This document shows positions 20,502-27,991 of a DNA stretch of 27,991 nucleotides, piece after piece. Position 1 is the stretch's first letter, and every line of letters begins with the position of its first letter. The stretch is from a virus (taxonomy: Duplodnaviria; Caudoviricetes), in IMG/VR virus record IMGVR_UViG_3300018049_000109, positions 1 through 27,991 of that record, one strand, 5' to 3'. The position numbers and the translations under genes were made by a program. The notes beneath the pieces were generated by a model, which was given only the letters and a program-made list of their open reading frames with translations, did not search any database and was not told where the DNA came from.

Positions 20502-22019
20502 ATGGCATACACAATTAACAGATATACCGGAACCCAGCTAACGGTGGTTGAAGACGGTACAGTTGATCAAACTACTGATCTTAAACTGGTCGGAAAAAAC
20601 TATGCTGGATATGGTGAAATACAAAATGAAAATTTTGTCTTTCTTTTAGAAAATTTTGCTGGTGCGAGCCAGCCACCAAAAGCACTTAACGGTCAAATTT
20701 GGTTTGATACTGCAAACAGCAAATTAAAATTTTATGATGGTACAAAATGGCGCACAACAGGCGGCGCAGAAGTAAGTTCTACTACCCCTGCAGGACTTGC
20801 TCAAGGTGATTTTTGGTGGGATACTGCCAATGAACAGTTGTATGCTTATAATGGAACATCTTTTGTACTAGTAGGACCACAAGGTATTGGCGAAACAGTC
20901 ACTCAATTTCAAAGTGTTAACATAAGAGATAACACAGCAGTTTCAAGACCTGTAATTAGATCTGTAATTAATGACGAAACTATTCATATTATTTCTGCAC
21001 AGCAATTTACAATAGGTACAGAGGATGCTGCTACTTATCCAGGTTTTGATGTTATCCGTCAGGGTATTACCCTTAAAAATACAATTAACAGCACAGGCGG
21101 CGTGACATCTACTGCACACAGATTTTGGGGCACAGCATCAAATGCTGAAAAATTAAACGGTTTAGATGCAACAAACTATGTTGTTTCGAGACCAGGTGAA
21201 ACAACAGAATTTACAACACTTACTGAGTTTGCAGATATTGGACTTGCAGTTGGAGACTCTAATGATTTAGCAATTAAAATTGTTGACGATAACAAAGGAT
21301 TAATTGCTAATGAAGTTGGCCAAGCAATGTATTTCCAAGTAAACAACTCAAGTGCTGCACAAAAAATGCCAATGAGGCTTTCTGCAAATGCAATATTACC
21401 TGGCTTTGCTAATGTATCAAGCTGGACAGGAACAGAAACAGTAGACATTGGTGCAAGTTCTAACAAATTTTCTACAATGTATGCAACAACATTTAACGGT
21501 AGTGCAACAGAAGCACAAACATTAGATGTTGGCGGTACAGCAAGATCAGCATCAACAGCTGCAACTTCTAATACTATTGCAGCAAGAGACGGAGCAGGAC
21601 ATTTATATGCAAATGTATTCCAAGGAACTGCTACATCTGCACAATTTGCTGACTTAGCAGAAAAATACACAGCAGACAAAGACTATGAACCAGGTACGGT
21701 ATTAGTATTTGGTGGAGAAGCAGAAGTCACAGAATGCACAATGTTCTGTGATCAAAGACTAGCTGGTGTTGTTTCAACTAATCCAGCACATTTAATGAAT
21801 GATAGCATTGACGGTGTAGCTATAGCACTAAAAGGTAGAGTGCCTTGTAAAGTAGAAGGTGCTGTAAAGAAAGGTGATTTACTAGTCACTGGTCCTACAG
21901 CAGGTACAGCTACATCATTGCGTCCTGATAGCGCATCACCAAATGCATGGTGTGTAGTGGGCAAAAGTCTAGAAGATAACAATGATCCAGGAATCAAAAT
22001 TATTGAAGTTGCTGTATAA
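20502..22019 (+). CDS. Tail fibre/appendage paralog with C-terminal intramolecular chaperone (Peptidase_G2-like autocleavage domain), 505 aa
   Basis: Same N-terminal anchor (LLENFA..GQIWFD). From 21648: ADLAEKY..YEPGTVL..AGVVSTNPA..IALKGRVPCKV.G.VKKGDLLV, matching the phi29 gp12-type chaperone pattern. Confidence 0.75.
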   Translation: MAYTINRYTGTQLTVVEDGTVDQTTDLKLVGKNYAGYGEIQNENFVFLLENFAGASQPPKALNGQIWFDTANSKLKFYDGTKWRTTGGAEVSSTTPAGLAQGDFWWDTANEQLYAYNGTSFVLVGPQGIGETVTQFQSVNIRDNTAVSRPVIRSVINDETIHIISAQQFTIGTEDAATYPGFDVIRQGITLKNTINSTGGVTSTAHRFWGTASNAEKLNGLDATNYVVSRPGETTEFTTLTEFADIGLAVGDSNDLAIKIVDDNKGLIANEVGQAMYFQVNNSSAAQKMPMRLSANAILPGFANVSSWTGTETVDIGASSNKFSTMYATTFNGSATEAQTLDVGGTARSASTAATSNTIAARDGAGHLYANVFQGTATSAQFADLAEKYTADKDYEPGTVLVFGGEAEVTECTMFCDQRLAGVVSTNPAHLMNDSIDGVAIALKGRVPCKVEGAVKKGDLLVTGPTAGTATSLRPDSASPNAWCVVGKSLEDNNDPGIKIIEVAV

Positions 22020-22025
22020 CTATAG

Positions 22026-22032
22026 ATAAATA
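22026..22032 (+). promoter_or_regulatory. Putative late promoter core ATAAATA
   Basis: gATAAATA in the 40-bp gap before the ATG at 22060; AAGGA RBS follows. Confidence 0.6.
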
Positions 22033-22059
22033 TGTACGTAGTTTATAAAGGAAATTATT

Positions 22060-23019
22060 ATGGCAGTTAGCGTCGGAGATGAAATTCAAGCAGCTCAATA
22101 TAACGGCTTGCAAAGTAGAGTAGATACAATTCTTGGTGTAGGGTCAGGTCAAAGCGGTTATGGCCAATCACTGGCAAGTTCACAAGTATCAGTAGGTGCT
22201 GTTGTTCAAGCCGCTGACATGGATAATCTTAGAACTGATATAAACAAAATTAAAAATCACCAAGCAGGTACTAATGCATCTATAGGCAATATTGCTGTTG
22301 GACAAATCATTGGTGCTGATAGAAGTGAAACTAACATAGGTACAGGTGTTTATCAAACAGACGAAGGTTTTAACGATTATGATACTGCAATTACAGATGT
22401 AGAAGGAAACTTATTTGACATTGCAGAAAGTTCTGTGGAAGCAAAACTTACCAGCACTAGAAGTACATCATGGGGTGGCGGTGGCGGTGGTACCGTGACA
22501 CATACATTTACAGTGACTTTTAGTGATGCCAACCAAAGAAGATATTTTTTCAACAGCGGAGGCGAAATACGTTTCAGTGCAAGTTTAACAGGTAGCTCAG
22601 GATCTAAATACAATAATTGGAATACACTGTTAACTAACATGGGTACAATTAAGTTTGGATACACAGCTACAACAGCTACAGGATCAGGAACTGCCCAAGC
22701 AATTGGTAATTATGATTTGACAACAAGTTATCAAACAATTTTTCAAAAAAACGGTAGTGGTGTTTATGCAGAAAACCAATATCAACTTGATGCAAGAGCT
22801 GACAGCAGCACAGTGCTAAGATTTAGAGTAAGTTTTGAAGATAACGACTTAGGAGATCAACAACCAGTTGGCCCCCAAGGTATTCAACCAAACCCAGCAG
22901 GACCAGCAGTTGACGAACCTGTGACAGGTACACTAACAAGCACTATACAACAACTAAGAGCTACTGGATCAAATGTTGAAGTGACGTCACCTGCGTTCTC
23001 AACAACTTCAAACCTATAA
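22060..23019 (+). CDS. Probable virion structural protein, 319 aa
   Basis: G/S/T-rich beta-type composition, RRYFFNSGGEIRF motif, own ATAAATA motif and RBS, last gene of the structural block. No specific family recognised. Confidence 0.6.
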   Translation: MAVSVGDEIQAAQYNGLQSRVDTILGVGSGQSGYGQSLASSQVSVGAVVQAADMDNLRTDINKIKNHQAGTNASIGNIAVGQIIGADRSETNIGTGVYQTDEGFNDYDTAITDVEGNLFDIAESSVEAKLTSTRSTSWGGGGGGTVTHTFTVTFSDANQRRYFFNSGGEIRFSASLTGSSGSKYNNWNTLLTNMGTIKFGYTATTATGSGTAQAIGNYDLTTSYQTIFQKNGSGVYAENQYQLDARADSSTVLRFRVSFEDNDLGDQQPVGPQGIQPNPAGPAVDEPVTGTLTSTIQQLRATGSNVEVTSPAFSTTSNL

Positions 23020-23031
23020 TCACACTAGAGG

Positions 23032-23060
23032 TTGACAAACCCATAATTTTGTTATATAAT
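23032..23060 (+). promoter_or_regulatory. Consensus sigma70 promoter
   Basis: TTGACA (23032-23037), 17-bp spacer, TATAAT (23055-23060); RBS AAGGAG (23074-23079) before ATG 23087. Confidence 0.9.
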
Positions 23061-23071
23061 TATATGACAAA
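23048..23071. promoter_or_regulatory. 24-bp near-perfect palindrome over the -10 box and predicted start site (operator-like)
   Basis: TTTGTTATATAA|TTATATGACAAA; 11 of 12 pairs are complementary. Confidence 0.55.
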
Positions 23072-23086
23072 TAAAGGAGTTTTCGT

Positions 23087-23422
23087 ATGGATAAAAGGTT
23101 GTTAGACGCAGTTGAATTTGCAAATTATTCAAGAACACTATACAATCAGAAAAAGTTAGCAAAACAAAAATTTTTAGATGCGTGTATTTTTTATTATAAT
23201 GCTGGAAAGTTCCATGTAGATATTAATTTGATTACATATTGTATAGATTTAAAAAATGGCTCTATTCTTTTAGATTCAAATCAAAATCCTATCAAAGTAG
23301 AAGATGCAAAAAACTTTTTAGAAAATATAAAAAACTTGTACCATACAGCTTTACAACAGTATTATGATGAATATACTGAAATAACAAGCAGTAAAACAGT
23401 GCAAGGAATTGTTAATGTCTAA
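23087..23422 (+). CDS. Hypothetical protein, 111 aa; first gene of the sigma70 operon
   Basis: Strong RBS; 3' end overlaps the next gene. Loose resemblance to small tail-fibre-assembly chaperones (weak). Confidence 0.75.
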   Translation: MDKRLLDAVEFANYSRTLYNQKKLAKQKFLDACIFYYNAGKFHVDINLITYCIDLKNGSILLDSNQNPIKVEDAKNFLENIKNLYHTALQQYYDEYTEITSSKTVQGIVNV

Positions 23423-24224
23423 AGGATGTTTGTTATTTGCATTTAACAATGAAAAAATAGACTATGTAAAACAGGCAGTCTATTGTGCAAAAAAGATTCA
23501 AAAACATTTAAACGTTCCTGTGTCACTTGTAAGTGATATAGAAGTTGATAATCCTGTGTTTGATAAAGTTATAGCTTTTGACAAAGAACTTGCTTACTCG
23601 ATGAAAACTTATCGAAGTCATACAACTTCTTTTAAACTTTCTTTCAAAAATGTTGCAAGGATTTATAGTTATGATTTAACACCATATGATTCTACTCTTG
23701 TTTTAGATACAGATGTTTTGATATGTAATAATGAGATTGCAAAATGTTTTGACAGCAACGCAGATCTTATGATGTATAGTAATGCACAGGATATAGGAAA
23801 CTATATAGATAAAAAAGAATTTGAATGGATAAGCGATACAGGGTGTAAGTTTTATTGGGCTACTTGTTTGTACTTCAAAAAAACTAAAACAAATAAATTG
23901 TATTTTGATTTAGTTCAACACATTTATGATAATTGGGGATATTATAAAACAATTTACCAAATACAAAACGCAGTATATAGAAATGACTTTGCATTTAGCA
24001 TAGCAGCTCATATTATGAACGATCATTCAAAAGGAGATTTTATAGGCGAAATGCCTGGCACTTTACATTATTCTATTGATAAAGATATTATTCAAAGTAT
24101 AAATGAAGACGATTTATTGTTTTTAATACACAATCCACAAAAAGGCAAAAACTTTTTTCCTGTGCGGACAAAGAATATGACAGTGCATTGTATGAACAAG
24201 TTTGATTTGGATAGATTGATATGA
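23415..24224 (+). CDS. GT-A fold glycosyltransferase (GT8-like); start re-called to ATG 23415
   Basis: AAGGA (23403-23407) lies 7 bp before ATG 23415. N-terminal Rossmann strand (KGCLLFAF), TPYDSTLVLDTD DxD motif, RNDFAFSIA helix, C-terminal His (VHCMNK). Confidence 0.75.
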   Translation: MSKGCLLFAFNNEKIDYVKQAVYCAKKIQKHLNVPVSLVSDIEVDNPVFDKVIAFDKELAYSMKTYRSHTTSFKLSFKNVARIYSYDLTPYDSTLVLDTDVLICNNEIAKCFDSNADLMMYSNAQDIGNYIDKKEFEWISDTGCKFYWATCLYFKKTKTNKLYFDLVQHIYDNWGYYKTIYQIQNAVYRNDFAFSIAAHIMNDHSKGDFIGEMPGTLHYSIDKDIIQSINEDDLLFLIHNPQKGKNFFPVRTKNMTVHCMNKFDLDRLI

Positions 24225-24973
24225 AACAAGGATATCTAATATACGCACAAGGCGACAAACACTTGAGGTATGCTATTGCATGTGCTGAAAGTTTAAAATC
24301 TTTTGATCAAAAGCCTATTTGTTTAGTTAGTGATAAAGACATTGCATCTACAGTGTTTGATAATGTTGTTGTTGTAGAAAAAAACAGTGATAAGTTTCAC
24401 GTCAAAAATAGATCAAAATTAATTGAATATTCTCCATTTGAAGAAACTACAGTAATAGAAAGCGATTGTTTGATTACACAAAGTTTAGAAAACTGGTGGA
24501 CAAAAAATAAAGACTGTGACTTAAAATTTATAAGTCAAGCATATACATATAGGCAAGAACCTTTAGATATTTCATATGATAGAAAAACTTGGGCACAAAA
24601 TGATTTACCTAATTTATATGTTGCTTGTCACTACTTTAAAAAGACAGAATTTACAAAAAAGTTTTTTGATCTAGTTTACGAAATCAACACAAATGAAGAA
24701 TTATACAAAGGTCATTTACCTAACAGAAGTCCCAAAGTTCCTAGTATGGATGTAGCAATTTGTTTGGCTACAAAATTACTTGATTGCAATAACAAAGTTG
24801 CATACACAGGAGATGATCCTATGTTTATACACATGAAACCATATTCTCAAGGATTAGCAGAGCCTGAAGAAAATTGGTCAGAAAAGTTAGGTTTTTACAA
24901 AAACGGTAATGACGTATATATTGCAAATTTTAAACAACAAGGGATTTTGCATTTTATAGAGGATGTTGTTTAA
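24221..24973 (+). CDS. GT-A fold glycosyltransferase paralog, 250 aa, ExD variant
   Basis: ATGA overlap with previous gene. Aligns by eye with it: QGYLIYA, SPFEETTVIESD, YFKKT..FFDLV, SMDVAICLA, FIHMK. Confidence 0.7.
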   Translation: MKQGYLIYAQGDKHLRYAIACAESLKSFDQKPICLVSDKDIASTVFDNVVVVEKNSDKFHVKNRSKLIEYSPFEETTVIESDCLITQSLENWWTKNKDCDLKFISQAYTYRQEPLDISYDRKTWAQNDLPNLYVACHYFKKTEFTKKFFDLVYEINTNEELYKGHLPNRSPKVPSMDVAICLATKLLDCNNKVAYTGDDPMFIHMKPYSQGLAEPEENWSEKLGFYKNGNDVYIANFKQQGILHFIEDVV

Positions 24974-25458
24974 TGTTTGTATATTACAATAGTGAAACTA
25001 GAGAAATAACATCAATATCAGCATCACAAAATAGTGAGGGTCCTTTTGTTGAAAAAGAAAAACAAGAAGTTCAGCCATTTATTGACGGTGAAAAAAATTT
25101 CATTGATTATATTATAGATGAACAAAGAAATATAGTAAACAAACACGAAACTGTTATACCTTTTGATATAAATCAAAAAATACACAAACTAGAAGAAAGA
25201 CCAAATGCAGATTTTACAGTAGTGCATACTAAAGATGGCTGGCAGTTTAAAAAAACATCTAGTGTAAATGATAATTTATATTTTATAATAACAGAAAAAA
25301 ATAATCCTAATATATTATATAGAACTATGTATTTTTATGCAAGCCAAATAGAAAATGAATTTTTAGTTCCTTTTGAAAACAATAAAGAAAAAAATTTAGA
25401 TTGTAGCATATGGATACTAAACAAAAGTTTTCCTATATGTAGTTTGGAGATAAGATGA
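24973..25458 (+). CDS. Hypothetical protein, 161 aa
   Basis: TAATG overlap upstream, ATGA overlap downstream, GAGG upstream of start; no motif recognised. Confidence 0.75.
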   Translation: MFVYYNSETREITSISASQNSEGPFVEKEKQEVQPFIDGEKNFIDYIIDEQRNIVNKHETVIPFDINQKIHKLEERPNADFTVVHTKDGWQFKKTSSVNDNLYFIITEKNNPNILYRTMYFYASQIENEFLVPFENNKEKNLDCSIWILNKSFPICSLEIR

Positions 25459-27991
25459 GTAGAAAATTTAAAGTTTATGATTATGATATAATTTATCTCA
25501 GCTATGATGAACCAAATGCTGAAGAAAACTATTATGATCTAAAACAGCTTGTACCGTGGGCAAAACGTGTGCATGGTGTAGAAGGTTCAGATGCTGCACA
25601 CAAAGCCTGTGCTGATTTAGCAGAAACAGAAAGATTTATTACCATAGACGGTGATAATAAAATACATCACAGTTTTATAAATGAAATTTTACATTTTAAA
25701 GACGATGTAGATTTAAGCAAGTGTGTTGTCAGTTGGAGCGGATACAACATTATTAACGGGTTGACATACGGTAATGGTGGGATAAAATGTTGGCCTACAG
25801 AAATGGTCAAGCATATGAAAACACATGAAAATGCAGACCCTAACAATTTAAAAGCACAAGTTGATTTTTGCTGGGATTTACAATATTTACAAGTTGACAA
25901 AACTTACAGTTATGTGCATAATAATGCTACACCGCAACAAGCATGGAGAGCTGGATTCCGCGAAGGTGTTAAGATGAGTTTGATTGAAGGTTTACCAGCA
26001 GATCCTAAACAATTTAATGAACAAATACCTAAGAAAAATTTAGATAGATTAAAAATATGGGCAACTCTAGGTTCAGATGTAAAGAACGGAAAGTGGGCTG
26101 TCTATGGAGCCAGAGAAGGTTGTTATAAAACTATGTGTACTGATTGGGATCATGTACATGTAAGAGATTTTGAATATTTAAACAATCTATGGAATACAGA
26201 GTACAGTAAGATAGAAGAAGACAAACTTGATTACGAAATCACAGGGTTAGGATATACACTTAATAACGATCTTGATTTAGGAATACCAGAAGACATCTAT
26301 GACGAAAAACAAAGCAAGTTTTTCAAAAGTGTATATGTTCCCCCGCAACGTACACCCCAAGACTTTCTAACAACAGAAGAATCATCTAATTATGATATTG
26401 TAATGATTTCATATAATGAACCTAACGCTGAAAAAAATTGGGAAAATTTAAAACAAAAATTTCCTCGTGCTAAAAGAGTACATGGTGTAAAAGGAATTCC
26501 AAAAGCTCATGTAGAAGCTGCAAAATTATGTACTACAGATTTAATTTGGATAGTAGATGGAGATGCAGAAATTGTAAATGATTTTGTTTTTGATTATGTA
26601 TCTCCTGAACATGAAAAGGACTACGTTAAAGTATGGCGTAGTATCAATCCTATAAACGGTCTTGAATACGGCTATGGTGGTGTAAAACTATTTCCTAGAT
26701 TAGCTACACTGAACATGGATATCACAAAACCGGACATGACGACAAGTATCAGTAGACATTTTAAACCAATTAAGGTTGTTAGTAATATTACAGCATTTAA
26801 CACTGATGCGTTTAGTGCTTGGAAAAGCGGTTTTAGAGAATGTTGTAAACTAGCTAGTGCTGTTATAGATAGACAAAAGCAAGATGAAACAGACCATAGA
26901 TTAGACGTATGGTGTAGTGATGCAGATAACACAATACCATTTTCTAAATTTGCTGTTGAAGGAGCAAGAGCAGGTAGAGAATATGGTGAAATTAACAAAG
27001 ACAATATAGAAAAGCTCAATCTTATAAATGACTTTGACTGGCTAGAGCAACAATTTGATTATGCATACTCCAAAGAAGCTATATTAGAGTCAACAATAAA
27101 ATCTGAAGAAATTGTCGACTTGCTAGATCGTTTTGAATATATGTACGAAGGACTTAGCGATGTAAGAAGGTTATATAATGATAAAGACATAAGCAGTGTG
27201 TTTAAGATAGCCAACAATGAAGAACTACGTAAAGCAGTCGTTGAAAAGAATTTACATAGTATCTTTAGAATTATAGGAACCAATGATGATTTACGCAAGG
27301 CAGTGCTCGAACATAACTTTTATAGCATGGCACGCCTGTTGCCCGAAGCAGCAGATGAGTTTAGGTTATTACAAAATGATAAACATGCACTATGGCGTGT
27401 TCTAGAAAAATATACAGGAAGTTTATTTGTAAAGCCATTGAAAACTTTATACCAAGAAGAAAATTTTGACAAGGATTGTATTAGTAGAGGACAATTAAAA
27501 AGTAAAAAATGGTTAGTAGACAAATTAATTCAGTGCAATTTGGATTTAGGTGTAGTTTTTTTATGTGCAGGTTGGTATGCAACTATTGTTCCTATGATAC
27601 AAGAAGCAAACATAAAATTTAACAAGATTCGTAGTTTTGATATAGATCAAGATGTATGGAATATTGCTGAAACTTTTAATAGGCCGCTGACTGCTGACGA
27701 TTGGCGATTCAAAGCGCAAACATTAGATATTCATGATATTGAATATGACAACTTTCATTATTCTACTATAAAGAGTGACGGTAGTATTGAACAGTGCAAA
27801 GATAGTGCCAACACAATTATTAATACTAGTTGTGAACATATCCAGAATTTTAATGATTGGTATAACAAAATACCACAAGGAAAACTTATATGTTTACAAA
27901 GCAACAATTATATTGCTATAGATGAGCATGTTAATTGTGTAAGCAGTTTAGAAGAATTTGCAAAACAAACACCTATGTCAGAACTTTTATA
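25455..27991 (+). CDS. Partial (>845 aa) fusion: GT-A-like domain x2 + helical linker + class I SAM-dependent methyltransferase-like domain
   Basis: Not in the ORF track because it has no stop in the window; translated by hand with no stop found. GGAG RBS, ATGA overlap. Domain 1: YDIIYLSYDEPNAE..ITIDGD..NGLTYGNGG..AWRAGFRE. Domain 2 (from 26391): YDIVMISYNEPNAE..WIVDGD..NGLEYGYGG..AWKSGFRE. From ~27470: SRGQLKSKKWL..VFLCAGWYA..IRSFDID..DI..IINTSCEH..LQSNN. Confidence 0.8.
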   Translation, partial: MSRKFKVYDYDIIYLSYDEPNAEENYYDLKQLVPWAKRVHGVEGSDAAHKACADLAETERFITIDGDNKIHHSFINEILHFKDDVDLSKCVVSWSGYNIINGLTYGNGGIKCWPTEMVKHMKTHENADPNNLKAQVDFCWDLQYLQVDKTYSYVHNNATPQQAWRAGFREGVKMSLIEGLPADPKQFNEQIPKKNLDRLKIWATLGSDVKNGKWAVYGAREGCYKTMCTDWDHVHVRDFEYLNNLWNTEYSKIEEDKLDYEITGLGYTLNNDLDLGIPEDIYDEKQSKFFKSVYVPPQRTPQDFLTTEESSNYDIVMISYNEPNAEKNWENLKQKFPRAKRVHGVKGIPKAHVEAAKLCTTDLIWIVDGDAEIVNDFVFDYVSPEHEKDYVKVWRSINPINGLEYGYGGVKLFPRLATLNMDITKPDMTTSISRHFKPIKVVSNITAFNTDAFSAWKSGFRECCKLASAVIDRQKQDETDHRLDVWCSDADNTIPFSKFAVEGARAGREYGEINKDNIEKLNLINDFDWLEQQFDYAYSKEAILESTIKSEEIVDLLDRFEYMYEGLSDVRRLYNDKDISSVFKIANNEELRKAVVEKNLHSIFRIIGTNDDLRKAVLEHNFYSMARLLPEAADEFRLLQNDKHALWRVLEKYTGSLFVKPLKTLYQEENFDKDCISRGQLKSKKWLVDKLIQCNLDLGVVFLCAGWYATIVPMIQEANIKFNKIRSFDIDQDVWNIAETFNRPLTADDWRFKAQTLDIHDIEYDNFHYSTIKSDGSIEQCKDSANTIINTSCEHIQNFNDWYNKIPQGKLICLQSNNYIAIDEHVNCVSSLEEFAKQTPMSELL

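Noticed and set aside
22473-22490. GGTGGC x3 repeat as a phase-variable tract
   Set aside because: In-frame hexamer encoding a Gly6 linker; slippage would not shift the frame.
23020-23031. Rho-independent terminator closing the structural block
   Set aside because: No GC-rich hairpin with a U-tract is visible here or in the other gaps.
23409-23414. TTG start called by the track for the first glycosyltransferase
   Set aside because: AAGGA ends only 1 bp before the TTG but 7 bp before ATG 23415, which also matches the paralog's N-terminus.
635-27523. Numerous 60-167-aa minus-strand ORFs, and the + strand 8865-9059 ORF, in the track
   Set aside because: All lie within long motif-bearing + strand genes and show no recognisable motifs; they are the expected antisense shadows of codon bias.
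27470-27991. C-terminal domain as a classical DNA methyltransferase
   Set aside because: No DPPY/NPPY or PC catalytic motif in the visible part; INTSCEH occupies that position, so the substrate is left open.

Overview
AT-rich fragment of a large tailed-phage genome (jumbo/T4-related myovirus-like; inferred from gene content, no database check). All credible genes are on the + strand. 1-23019 is a late structural block: the Ser-rich end of an upstream gene, a 5268-aa baseplate wedge-like megaprotein (split 7-blade FG-GAP propeller, CBM5/12-like modules, other repeats), a 204-aa baseplate/fibre-attachment protein, three paralogous fibre proteins with a shared N-terminal anchor and different tips, and a 319-aa virion protein. 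Three intergenic gaps carry ATAAATA, a T4 late-promoter-like motif. At 23032 a perfect sigma70 promoter (TTGACA-17-TATAAT), whose -10 sits inside a 24-bp palindrome, precedes a five-gene overlapping operon: a small protein, two paralogous GT-A glycosyltransferases, a hypothetical protein, and an ORF absent from the supplied track (25455 to window end, >845 aa) that fuses two GT-A-like domains to a SAM-methyltransferase-like domain. This glycosylation/methylation operon beside the tail genes is the best candidate for an undescribed system. All family assignments are by-eye motif recognition.
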